Source of the DNA: Iphione sp. A-MEVVRFRX5
Lineage: Eukaryota
Direction: 5' to 3'
NCBI GenBank assembly: GCA_976226885.1
Contig: OZ320314.1
Coordinates: forward strand, 90,706,001 to 90,770,000
Length of the DNA: 64,000 nt
Shown: positions 37,727 to 50,572 of the stretch, piece by piece
How the letters are laid out: every line of letters starts with the position of its first letter
How positions within the stretch are numbered: the first letter of the stretch is position 1
Notes under the pieces: generated by a model
What the model was told of the DNA's origin: nothing
Database searches by the model: none
Seen by the model: the letters and a program-made list of their open reading frames with translations, nothing else
Made by a program: the position numbers and the translations under genes

Positions 37727-40553
37727 ACGTTATATACTCTGACAGGGTAGCGCGCTTGGGGTTGCATATCTATTCTTGACTAAACAGGGCAGCAGGTTGT
37801 ACCAGGTGGCAGTAGAATGAAATGTACACTTTTTTGATGACAACAGGCAGCTTGACTGACCAATGGAATTGTCCTAATTTGAACAATAGCCTGCGTATTC
37901 CTTTTCTATGATATCCGATCGCCATTGGTCCTGTAGTCTAAGTGCTATCCCCATGAACGCGAATTTTCCGCACGCAAATTGTGGCATGCTGCGTGCTGCC
38001 CGTGTTTTTCATGTCTTAAATCCCTATTTCCAGCACGCACGAGGTGGTGGGGTCCAGGTGGACCGGACCAAAACTGATCGGTCCGCATGCACAGAGCGGT
38101 GGGTCCAGAGGGTCTGCGTACATGGTGATAGCTTTATATTTTGGGCTTGGTCTGGTCCACCAGCTGTCATGCCCAGAGTGGTGGATCTGGGAGGTTCGTG
38201 TCCATAGGCATAGCGCTTAAGACATGATAATCTTATCAAATAATTCCAACAGCTCAAAAAAGTCTGTACTTCAGACACAATGTTGGCAACAGTGGAGATT
38301 TGAAGTAGCGAGGTCTAACCTGGGAATATCAACGACTGGCTAGTTGGCTAAGCCGTTTGGTTTTAATGCTCATTTTATGCATATGAAATAATGAAGGACA
38401 TGTCATGTAGTTAGGTTAATGATGTATCGTGTAGAAGAAGATAATATTGATGTCTCCTTTCGTGACGGTAAATAATATTTGGACAGAGCTACTAAAATGG
38501 TTTAGATCCTAGACATAATATACATATATGTCCTTCAGAAATGCTATTACATGTGTACCTTCTCTTTTATGGCAAACATTGTGTTTGATGGTACAGTCGA
38601 AAGCCTATTTGTCACCATATCAAATTGCGACCATTACCATTAATACAACCACATGAGTTTGGAACAGAATTTGTCTTTTTGCTTTGAAACCATACTGAAT
38701 TGTGACCAATATTGTTAGTGCGAGCACTTGTGCTGGGAATGGAGAGGTGATCACAAGTAGGCATTCGACTGTATTTCTGATGGAGTCTGCATGACATCAT
38801 GACATCCAGATGTTCAGGTTAAGATCAATGTCCCCCTATTCATGCAGTTCTGCCACCACATCTATTTTGTGAATATCATACACATTTAAAAGGGCCATAT
38901 AGTATGGGTATTTCCTACAAACATTTCTAATCTAGGGACCAGTGCTAGGCGGAGTTGTGATCACCTTGGCTGACGCAATCTGGTTGCCATGGTTGCTATG
39001 GCGCTTGGAGGCTCTAACAACGGACGTGAAAGCACTCACGCCGTTGTTGCCCCAGAGCACATTGGAACTGTGGTGGTCGCATTGCGTTAGGGACCCTATT
39101 TATTGGCGCCCCTTCAACTGATTGACCCGCAGGAAACCACTTTTGCGCTTAATAAGAAGAAATACATTCACCTCATACGACTGTCCACATATTTTAAACA
39201 CATACACAGATTCGAACCAACATCCTCGTTTTCTAAAAACATTTTAAAAGCATTTTTAAAAATGTATAATGCATGAAAGTTTGCATGGCATTTTCATAAC
39301 AAATAATACATTGATGGAATGTTTTCAGAAGACGCTCCTAGAATGTTAGAAATAATTGTTAATGTTCCCAAAATCTTTTTGAATTAGGTAATTAATTTTT
39401 TCTCATAAAAATGATACGTTTTTTTCCTTTCTTCTATATGATGATAATTACTCTGGTTTCCCTATCTATCATTTAGTGCCTCTCTTAAAACTTTTTTTTC
39501 ACCTTTGCCCAAACGACTTGAAGAACATTAGTTAAGTGAGTATTATTGATAAATGTGCTCATACAAAAATAGTTCTCTACATCTTTTCTACATCCAATTT
39601 ATTAGTTTTTACCATCGAATGTTTACGATAATTTCTATCCTTTTGCGTTTCCTAGAATGTATTATAGTTAGATCACGTAAACATCTCTGCTAATTTCGCA
39701 GTTTTTTCCCAAACAAAGTCATTTCCATCTGTGTGCTGGTTTTTGATATTTTTGTACGTATCGCTGCATGTTGATATAAAGAGAATGATTTATTTTGTGA
39801 CTACTGACAAGAAGGTTGTTCAGAGATTGCGGAACAGGAAGACATGTGCTTACCTGTTCCTGTAGGTTTTTCTACGTTCTAATTCTGCAGTACTCGGGAA
39901 AAGACAGAAGGCATGTAAATAAATTGGAACTAAAACGCATATGCTATGTATGAGTGTCCCCACTTTCACAAGACAATAATGGCCTCTGCATATGGAGGTC
40001 ATACTCTCTCTGTATCTCCTCTTGAAAGTGAAATAAAAACACCCAGTCATACTTTCCTCCCACCCATGTCTTAGTCAGAGATGATGTAATAGACTTATAT
40101 GCCAGCTCAGACTTACTTTGACTTCAAGCTCCACCAACTTTCCTCTCTGCACTACTACGTACATTTAGTGGAGCTCATATCATCTGCTACATTTACTAGC
40201 ACTTTAAGTGGATATGATTTTGACTGATAATCTAGTCCCTATGCATTCACAGTTAGTCTGAATAGAAGCCGGTACGCCAAGCCTTGGACGGGTGTTTACA
40301 GGGAAGGTCCTTTTTTTATAATGCTAATGTATGAATCAAGTCTAAAGAGAAATGCAAAACTCGTTGAATCATGAATATTTTCAGTTATAGCTCGTTTTCG
40401 TGTATATTGAACGCTTGACCATTCAAATTTACAAGTTGCTGCTCTTCATATTCCTCTCATTCCTTAATTCCCCGCTCATAATGATGTCAAGCCGATGATA
40501 TGTGTACAGCCTTTGTACGGTGGGCTCGTGCTTAAACAAGGGCATCAATAACA

Positions 40554-40900
40554 ATGGGAGCAGCAATCCATAGAGCACGCAATGGAAGTCCCATGTACAT
40601 ATTGGAGGCTGTAAGGTTCCGTAACAAGCTATCCCTTCCTATCTCAGACTACCTATCACTGGCCTCCTGCGGCCAGATCTGCTTGTTGCTAGCTCAGGCT
40701 AATACAGTTAGCAGTGGGGAGCCTAGGGCCGTGTACAGATTGGCATTAAGCTTCGGTCAAGCCACCGAGCTAAACATCTTCTCGAAGGCCCAAATGGAAG
40801 CCGGTGCTAGGGGGGCAGGTGTACCTATCCAGCGGACAACATTAGCCCAGCCGCATGATTTTGACAAGCTATTATATAAGCATGACATGATACTATCATA
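40554..40900 (+). mobile_element. Possible decayed LINE ORF2 C-terminal fragment
   Basis: IHRARNGSPMYILEAV..LSLPISDY resembles the post-thumb CR1 segment (compare LPILDY in the 42.5-kb LINE). Confidence 0.35.
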
Positions 40901-42271
40901 GACAGGTCTCCTTAGACAGGTGGTCTTCGCAATGGGGAGGACGATATTAGATTATGGACTCGGAGACGACCATGGACTGGGCTTTAAGGTGGGATGTAGA
41001 GAAATCTTAGAAAGCAGCTGTTCGTCAACTTTCATTTAAACCATTGCCAAGTCTTATTATATTTCTTTAATCTTTACTGTCTTTGTACACATTTACACAA
41101 TTTGTTTCCGAAACATTTCGGGATAATTCTGTGTCAGAATGCTAGATCTAATTCCCTTGGCGTTATCTTAATCCCCACACAGTGCATACCGACATAAAAA
41201 CTACTACCTATACGTAAAGCTGTCGAACGTGCCTTGGAATTTCACCAACTAACCCGTCTTGACTTGTTTCATGGCATCAGTCTTGAAGCTGTCAACTCTA
41301 CCGATAAAAAATAACGTTCCTGCATATGAATCCCCATCGTTGACGTTAACGAGACCTAGTCATCCGAAGTGAAACTGGAAAAAACAGTCTAGACTAAGCA
41401 AGGAAACAACGTGATGTATGTTGGTGTCATGTTTATGTGTGCACATGTATGTATTTGTTTCACGTAGACGGAGATAAAACCACATTATATGAACCAGAAT
41501 CCTCCGAATTTAACGGTTGAGAATAAGGATATTTACCGTAATGGTGTCAATAATGATTTCAACTCCCTATATACAATCAAGTTGCAATAGGGTGTGAGTA
41601 GATTACTATCATGTTGAGTATGATAGTTATTGTTAAATTCTGGCTTGCGATCACAGGAAAATGTACATATTGGTGTCTCCTATATGATAACTTTACTGTC
41701 GTAGTAACCATGATATGTTCTGAGGACTTTTTGTATGCTTGGTGTGCGCAGAATAGAAAAGAATTTGGATGATTAAGCTTTAATGTGTGAATGCCCCTAT
41801 GGTATGAAATGCCAACAGAGAGAGATTTACATATTGTAGTGACCTGCCGGCGGTGGTGACTACAGAGCATATAAATTGGATGAGTTGTCTGCACTGTGTG
41901 CTGCATACTGCCAATTTTATCGTGTAGTGTGGCTAAACTATAGGTTGCTGTTTTGGTCCTAGCATTAAGAGGCCATCGGGAATTACAACGAAAACAAGTA
42001 GACCAAGCGTTTGGGGGCACAATACATGTACTTTAAATGTGTGCGATATATCACGTGGAAGAGATTGCTCGGGCTGATTTTCCCAGATAAGGAGATGAAA
42101 TGGAGAGAGAAAATGACAATATATGGTGGTTGGGGAATACCGGGATGTGCCTGTGAGGATTACACCTACACGCAGCGTCAGGTATCAGTAGATAATCTTC
42201 TGCCATGTGCAAAAGCTTCAATCTGATCGTAGAGCAATAACTCTATGTGCGCTAGTTGCAATGCAAATCAG

Positions 42272-44650
42272 ATAATAATAATAATAATAATAATAACATA
42301 TTTTATTCATTCCAACGATCGTCCTATCGGATGGTTTACATGGTGTGGAATGTTACGTACAAGATTATGACCGATAGTTGTTGGTATAATCAGGTGATAA
42401 TGAGATGTAATGTTAAATGTTATATACAATTGAAATAGATGTACATCTGACAGTAGAGAATTAGTAAAGTGTTCAGGGAAAAGCATCTCAGATAAAGTGC
42501 AGTATTCAATACTGATGACCACCTGTTGTCATAGCAATGAAGGATGCATACTTATTGAATTCACTAGTATCCATTATGTTTCTGAATATAGGGTCTAAAT
42601 TATTCCATAATCTTGGCCCTTGATAGATCAAAGAGCTTTTGTACAGGGTTGAATTTGGTTTGTTGAGATCCAATAATGGACCATCAGCATTTCTTGTTAT
42701 TGAGTTCGGTTTGAGTGGGATGAGGTTGATCTTAACAGCTCTGAACATATTCTTCAGTATGAATTCAGTCCTTCTCCAGTACGTACTATGTACACCAAGT
42801 TCATTATGAATTGTCTGAGTGCTAATATCTCTGGTTTTGATAAATCTCCTCGATTTTAGTCTGAAAATGATTCTGAGTGCTCTGTTTTGTAGTTTTTGAA
42901 TTCTATGCAAAGTTGAAGCACGACATGTTGATAGATAGATAGTACTATAGTCCAGAATAGGTAGGATCATTACTTTGTAGAGTATAAGAGCAATTTCTGG
43001 GCTGAGATTGTTTTTTATTTTGTTTAGTATGAAGATTCTTGAGTTGAGCTTACTACAAACTATTTCAGCCTCCTTTTGAAAGTTAAGGTTATTATCAATC
43101 ATAACACCCAAGTACTTATATTTCTCAACAACTTCAATTCTTTCACCATAAAGTTCAACTTCGCATGTAAAAGGGTTTAGGTTCTTGGAGTTTAGAATCA
43201 TTATTTTACTTTTAGAAGTGTTGATGGCGAGTTTATGGGAATTGCACCAGGCTTCCAGGTTTCTACAGGCATTATTTAAGCTATCTTGAAGCTCTCCTGT
43301 TGACTTTCATTTGGAGAAGATTACAGTATCATCAGCGAACAGGACCACCGGTTCATTAATGAACTCAGTAATGCTGTTAATATAGAGAGAGAACAGTAAG
43401 GGGCCCAAGGTAGAGCCCTGTGGTACTCCGCATCTGAGGGGTAGTGTACTTGAGACTGAGTTATTACATGTTACTCTCTGTCTTCTATTGGATAGGTAAT
43501 TTCTAAACCAGGCAATAGTAGAGTCATCAAAATAGAATACTTTGTTGAGCTTTATCAGCAACAGGTCATGATTTACTGTGTCGAAGGCCTTTTTTAGGTC
43601 TATAAATATGTGCCCAGATTTCATATTATTATTTATTGCATTATACTGTTCATATAGCACCTTCGTAATTGCTGAGTTGGTACTGCGCTGGGTATGGAAG
43701 CCAAATTGATTTGGTGTCAAGAGACTGTTTAACTCCAGATAACTGTAGACCTGTCTGTATATTAGCTTTTCCATGATTTTAGTAAAAATAGATAGTTGCG
43801 AGATAGGTCTGTAGTTGTTTGGGTCCAATAATGAACCTTTTTTGTGAAGGGGAATTACAGCAGCCTCTTTCCACTGATCAGGAATACAGTTGGTCTCCAC
43901 AGACAAATTCAACAGTTGTTTCAGGTGGCTCAGTGATTGCCCAAGAATTATCTTTAGGATTCTCGTGCTGATTGAGGGGACATTAGAGTTCTTATTTGTC
44001 TTCAAGCTCCGGACAACTTCCAGGACATCCATAGTTGAAAATTCTTTAATGGAGAAATTTTCATCAGGCGTTCTCTTATTATTTGATGATTTCAGTGGGG
44101 CGGTGTGGTTAGGAACAGAATTCATAATGTTGAACCCACTTGATGCAAAATGCTCATTTAATATATCAGGGACTCTCTGTGGGTCACCAGTGCAGTTGCC
44201 TAGTTTAATGGTACTATTAGAGGAGGTATTAGAACCTAGGAGATTCTTTATGTGAGACCACATTTTACTAGGATTATTCTTATTGATGTCTATCTGTCTT
44301 TTAACATAGCACTCCTTGTGAGCTCTTACGCTCTTAATCAGATCATTCCTTAATTTACGTGCTATATTGATAGTATCAGAATCTTTCCTTTTCCTAGCTT
44401 TCCTCAGGTAATAGTTTTTCAGTCTGATTTGCTGTAGTAATTCTTTTGTGATCCAGGGGTTTTTGTTAGTTCTAACTTTACATTTTTTCAGAGGATAGAA
44501 ATGATCTGCAGTAGCTAGTATATTTTCATGATACTGATTCCAGGCTAGTTCCATATCGTTAGTATTGTACAAGTTATACCAATTTAGATCATTTAAGTAG
44601 TCACGAATTTCATCGTTGTTGATTCTGGTATCCACATGGCGATAATATCT
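42272..44650 (-). mobile_element. 5'-truncated CR1-group LINE (RT and C-terminal domain, 3' UTR, (TTA)n tail)
   Basis: RT motifs YRPISQL, QFGF, FIDLKKAFDTVNH, GVPQGSTLGPLLF, FADD, KYKYLGV, GPRLWNNL. AATAAA at 42302-42307 followed by (TTA)8 at 42272-42296. No APE domain. Confidence 0.9.
42506..44635 (-). pseudogene. LINE ORF2 remnant interrupted by one in-frame TGA at 43307-43309
   Basis: The two listed ORFs (43307-44635 and 42506-43201) share a frame. The 35 intervening codons read KSTGELQDSLNNACRNLEAWCNSHKLAINTSKSKI, normal post-FADD RT sequence. Confidence 0.88.
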
Positions 44651-44874
44651 TGTACCATTGTCTAAGGATACTGGCTTTCTTTTGGTTTTCCATGCTCGTT
44701 ACTATAACTGAAGGAAATTCAGTCAATACTGGAAAACTGAACGATCGCCATTTCAGGCGATTTTGTTTGGATTTCGGATATTTGTTTGGAATTCGAATTG
44801 TGCCCCAAGGCCACTTTTCAACATACTCTTCATAGTCCAAGCTGTGATCAGAAGTGTGACTGCAATGTTTTCAC

Positions 44875-45045
44875 TACAAATTTAGCCAAAATCAGCAAAA
44901 TTCAGGCAAATTCACAAAACTCAGCCAAATTCACCCAAAAATCAGTGAAACTCGTGAAATTCATCCAAAAATCTGCAAAATTCAGGCAAATTCATCTTAA
45001 AATTGGCAAAACTCAGCCAAATTCATCCAAAAATTGTTCAGATTT
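44875..45045. repeat. Degenerate ~10-bp tandem array (AAATTCAGCC-like)
   Basis: Repeated aaattcag/aaaatcag/aaactcag/aaattcat units. Confidence 0.7.
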
Positions 45046-48000
45046 TGGATACAAATGTACCGTTATATCAATACACATATAGAGAAGAACAATTGAATTT
45101 TGTGAGAGCTCTTGTAAACAAAGTCAATTACATGTGTTATGATGAATTGTGACAGCATTTTGGAATGAGTCCCATTTAGAGATTGGTGTAATGAGAAATC
45201 AGTATGGTCAGCTACTAACTGAACTTCCTAAGGCAAAGTATTAAGGTTGTTGGAAATTCTTAATTCAATCTTATATTCCACCATTTATCTGTATGTATAC
45301 ATATATATATGAATTGTTGCCTGTAGTTCCAGTTAGTGTAATGACGGAAATTTTGTGAGATTTAGTGAGATGTGTATCCCTACGCTTCTGAATGTCCAGT
45401 CAAGCAGGGACGGGTGAGACAGACAGACAGTGAGTGCAGTGCAAGCGCCAAAGGTGCTTGTCCAAGTTAAAGGAGGAGGTTCTCCGGGAGAGGATGATGA
45501 CATGGAAGTATTCATTCTGAAATCTGATCATGAGAACGGATTTTTCTTTATTATCTGCTCGTCTGGCTCTAATATATTGCGCTTGACTGAAATATAATTG
45601 AGCTCTGCCGTTTGACGGTGATTAACCCATGTAAGCTTATGCTTCTGAGAGAAATCACTATTTATAATTCAGCTCTGATTCCTCAAGGCCAAGGTACATT
45701 CCCTGTGAATGGAGAGCCTAGGCTACAGTTATCGATCGGACGTTATCTTGTCCCTTTGTCGCCTGGAATCACACGCCCGAAGTGGCTAGGAGGAAGGCAG
45801 TTGTCTCTGGCAGACTGCCTGACGAAGAGGCTGGCAGGAAGGACAGTGGGAAGTGGTAGGGAAGAAGGAGATGGAACTAAACCGCAGCCAGCACCCACAG
45901 AAGCCTTGCGTACACGCTCCGGCGACCCTTCCCAATAGCAGCGGCCAAAGCAGCCATGCGAAGCTGGCGTTTGGCAGCCCAGCCGGCGGTGACGTAGATG
46001 ACGGAGGTCATGATAGTGGAAGTAATAGCGAGGCGACACGGCTTTCGATCCTGATCCTCCATTTCCATCAAGAAGGACTCTGTCTGAGCCAGGAGAGTTT
46101 CGTTTTATTTCGGGGCTCCGTATTTCATTCCCAGTCCACCCTGTCTCCACCTACAGATATGGGAAGACAATGCTTAACATCAGGCAGACGAAACAACAAT
46201 TTAATATTCTGAGCAGCGTATGCGCAAGTTTATTAAAACTGTTCCTTGTCATTAGCATCCTTCACTATACGGCCGCAATTACAATAAGAATCAGGCGAGG
46301 CTTCTCTGTTTTCCTCCAAGGAATTTTAGAATCGTGCCCTCCGCTCATTGAAATGCCGCCATGGTCCCTGCTACGTGACATGGCCTTCCATGAGCGATAT
46401 ATTAGCCGCACTTCTCTGACGTTAATATTTTTACTGAACTGGGATCCGAGGCAACTAGCTCATAGAATGGCAGTGGGCTGTTCCTTTATGATGTTAAATT
46501 ATATTAAGTACCTTCCAAGTAAAACCACTTACAAGTTATGATGCCCATTTAAGGCTAGAAATGAACACCAGTTACGTATACATGTAGAGCTTTACTTTTG
46601 CAATCAGGTTTCCTTGTCTGAATGACAAATAAATAGTTGTAGCCTACAACATTTTCCAAAGAACTGTTTTACAATACATGCCTCTGTGAGAAACCACGTC
46701 TGATATCTTACAGGAATTCATCACGGAAGGTGGTAATAAAAAAACCAAACCTTATTCTAATTGGCTTGCTTCAACTGAACGTGGATTTGACATCACAGAT
46801 GTATTGGATTAGTGATATATTAATGTTGTGTGACTAGTATGGTAGGGCCACTGGGTACGCTGGTGTTCCACTACAAGTATGATAAAGACCCCCTGCTTGT
46901 CAGAGTTGAATAACGACGTCGCTTTGCCCATTAGATAAATTCAATTCCCTCCTGAATAATATCCTGCTTAAATTGCATGGCCGGGAGATGGGATTAAAAT
47001 ATAATTCAAGTCAATCAGCTCATTCTTTGCTCATTTACAGTTGGGCTTCGCTCTATAATATACCCTGAACGCTCCACCGATGGTCGCCGGTCATTCTCAA
47101 TAAAGTAGGAAATTTGATAACTTAGTCGTCGGTAATCGATGGAGTTTCCGGGACGAGACTGTTGTGCCTCGTGATGTCAGTCTTTAAGTGGCTGTAGCTA
47201 GCCCCATCATGAAAATTGCGCGACTGTCACAGTCAATGGGCACCGACAGCGCAATGATAGGGACGCACGATTCCTAAGCAGCGGACACTACGAAATGGTC
47301 ATGACATTGTGTGCCGCACCTATTTGAGCCGTTCCGTTGCGGTGCGTAATAAGATTAGAGGCGGCCGAGGAGAAATGACTGATGCAGAGACGTGCTTCCC
47401 CCCGCATGGCCGAATTTATTATACGACAGTGAGCACTGGAAGCTGCCCTCAACTCACAGTGACCTCTTCAGAGTCAGCCCCCAACTATCCCTCCCCACCT
47501 CTCTCACACACACATACAAAACATGACCGCTCTCAGGGGCGGTTGGGCAGATGAGCACTGATCGATCATCAGATTATCGTGGCTTGATGCTCTCCGAGGG
47601 GGATACACAGAATCCATCACTTATCCTGGTAGCCTAATCGTGAGGAAAGGTACCTCCTGTCTTGAAGGTCGCATTAATAGGCTACGTTTCCCACTGCGCC
47701 GTCTAGTGGAGGCGGTACGAAGTGGGCGATAAATTGGGACGAACTGTGTGTATTTACCATAGGAGCATGGTATACATGTAAATGAGGACATCCTATGTAA
47801 TTACGTCAGTGGCCGGTCGCTGCCACGAGGGTATGTCGCTAATATATGGCATTTTTCCGAAGCAGCCGTTGGTTTCGGCGTTATTTATCCCTGACCAGAC
47901 TATCTTCTCAGCTGCAAGTAATGCTTTAGGTTTGCGGGTCGTCAATACCTTATGGGCAAATCAGTACAATTGCAAAAACGGAGAAGTTAACTTAGATGTT

Positions 48001-48136
48001 GACAATATACAGACGTTTTATAGAAATTTATTAGAGGTGAGCGGATTAAGGCGATAATGCATATAGAGGCATTGGAAAAAGCACGTTGACGATCGCGGGA
48101 GATAATTAGGAATAGAGAAGAATAAAGAATTACAAA

Positions 48137-48155
48137 GATAGATAGATAGAGAGAT

Positions 48156-48208
<53 letters not shown>
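48137..48208. repeat. (GATA)n/(GA)n microsatellite
   Basis: GATA units grading into a pure (GA)n run. Confidence 0.95.
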
Positions 48209-48211
<3 letters not shown>

Positions 48212-50469
48212 GGGGGTAGAGCAATGAGAGGGAGACAGTATGTAGAAGCAAGATAAAACAGAAGTGGAAATATTACCCATATCTAATAGCAGGCATTAGA
48301 AGGAGTGGGAAATGGGACAAAATGATGGAGAGGCAAGGTTTCTGGAAAGCAGTGTACAATGTAAATGAAGGAGGCATGGACACTCACTTCACTCAGATTG
48401 ACAAAATGAAACTTGAGAAAAAATTGACTGCCAGTGTGTAACGCAGACAAACACTACACCGGCTAGTCACGGCGTCCATGTCCACTGGGCTTTACATTGG
48501 AGCAACTCACCTCCGTGACAGCGAGAGCAGCTCATAACAACGAACTCTCCCCAATGGGGAGACAACGAGGCGGCCTGAAGAGGAAGGCAAACATGAAAGC
48601 AGGGACGGGTGGAATGTGCCATCCGTAACCGACTTCTATGTACATTGTACTACCAGTATGGCACAAAAGCTACGTTACTGCTGGTAGGCTAACTATCCCA
48701 CGGCATTTATTAGAGTGTTTCTCCTAGCCTGGTTGATATTATAAAACGTTATATCGTATGCAGTATCATAATACATTTCACACAGTACCTCGGCTGGAGT
48801 ATGGACCTGAGTCATACATGAATGCGTTTTCGCAAAAAAAACCACACCATAATTGATATGTTTAAATAATAGAACTACTGAAGAGATTGTTTACACGGGT
48901 AAATCGTATTTCCGTTTCCTTCAACCATATGGATTCATATAGGCCTATAGTCCCTTTGACTCTTTGTTTCTTGTAGACGGTAGAGGAGTGACATTTTCTA
49001 ACGCTATTCGAAGAAAGCACACGTGAATTACACGGGTTTATACTTTCCTTCACTGGCGTTATGTCTTCAGTGAGGATCATAATAACAAACGGTGTTTCTA
49101 AGCCTTTCTAGACCCACTTTAATTACTCTGTAACTCCCTCCCCCCCTTGCCTCCGGAAGTTCCCAATAAACATTTGGATATCATATGATAATTTGGTTCA
49201 TTCATTTTATGCGGAGAAGGGGATTTTTTGCTTTGTATAGTACACAATCTGTAATCCCGAAAAACAGAGAAAAAAAATCCATTTATACTTTGTACAGTCT
49301 AATGAACAGATCAAATTCCCGCTGTAAAATCTCAATCGGACCGTCCCAAAGATCATCTGTTGTCATAAGTTTCTCACTTCAGACCGTTATCCCAACAACC
49401 AGCCTTCTACATTTAGACATGCACTTGCCATCAATTCACGTCTCCTGTGGCTTTATCCTCTTCTCTGGTTAGTGTTTTAACACTAACGAGTGCTCCCAGG
49501 CTTCGCAGTGTTCAAAGCAAGAAGTATCGAGGAACTTCGAGCATTAGCAATCTACAACACATTAGGACATCAGCACTTCGCCCACTGAATCCAGATAAGA
49601 AACCAATATCACAATATTCTGGTAAGTTATTTCTGTACTAGCGCGCTTTACGAGATTTCGCCTCAATCACCAGGTGTTTTATGCCTGGTTTTATAATCAT
49701 ATTTTATCACACGCCCCCGTACGTTACGCTCTGTGGTCCTGTTTTTCGATTTCACGCGATGTAACAATGCGCGATGATTTTCTTGAAACAAGTTTTATAC
49801 AGTCATGTGGTTGGTTTTAAAGGAAAGGACAAAATCTCCATAATATAAATTTATAAAATTGAAACAAATGACGACGGGAATAATTAAATTACCTAACCAA
49901 CCAATTGCAACGAATCTCTTTCGCGCTTTTACGATACAGTTCATAGATTATAACCCGGTTTGTGGGGGTTTTTCACTGACTCGTTTCCTGTCAGCCTACT
50001 GATTGTTATATATAGTGTTGGGTCCACAAGTCACGCATAGAGCTGTTGTACATTTGTACCGATTAATGTTCCCCTGCATCTACATGTTCGTGTTTCTCTT
50101 CCTCTGTCCCTTCATTTTCTAGACAACGCCGTAGGCTTTCATTCACGTTAACCCTGCGCTCTAAAAGCTTGCTTTTGTCTCTCTGTCTCATATATGTATA
50201 CCCTTCTCTCTCACACAACTCTGTTTTTATGTTTAATGACCTCGATGCATCTTTCACTTCGGGTCTTTTTTGCCAATTTCAATTCCCTATAAGTGTGTTG
50301 TTTTTCTTGTCTTAAGCACTATACCCATGTGCGCGAATTGTCCGCATGCAACTAGTGGTGTGGTGCATGCTTCCTGGACCTCTCTGCAACAGGTGGCGAG
50401 GTCTACCCCCATGTGCACGAACTATACGTATTGTCTTGCTGTGTGTGTGTGTATGTGTACACATCTCTT

Positions 50470-50572
50470 TGAATTCCTGTCAAATTTGTGTAAGTAATGT
50501 GTTTTTTGTGCAGATCTCAATGAATTCCCGTCAAATTTGTGTAAATATGTTTTTTGTGCAGATCTCATTGAA
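50470..50572. repeat. ~50-bp imperfect tandem duplication
   Basis: TGAATTCC.GTCAAATTTGTGTAA..ATGT.TTTTTTGTGCAGATCTCA x2. Confidence 0.8.

Noticed and set aside
44841-44858. TSDHS motif upstream of the second LINE as the end of its APE domain
   Set aside because: About 75 codons from the linker and out of frame, versus ~28 in the intact ORF2. No other APE motifs are present.
45743-46150. FHYHDLRH as a tyrosine-recombinase motif
   Set aside because: The other catalytic residues (Arg, Lys, His/Trp, Tyr) are not at the expected spacing, and there is no DIRS or Crypton context.
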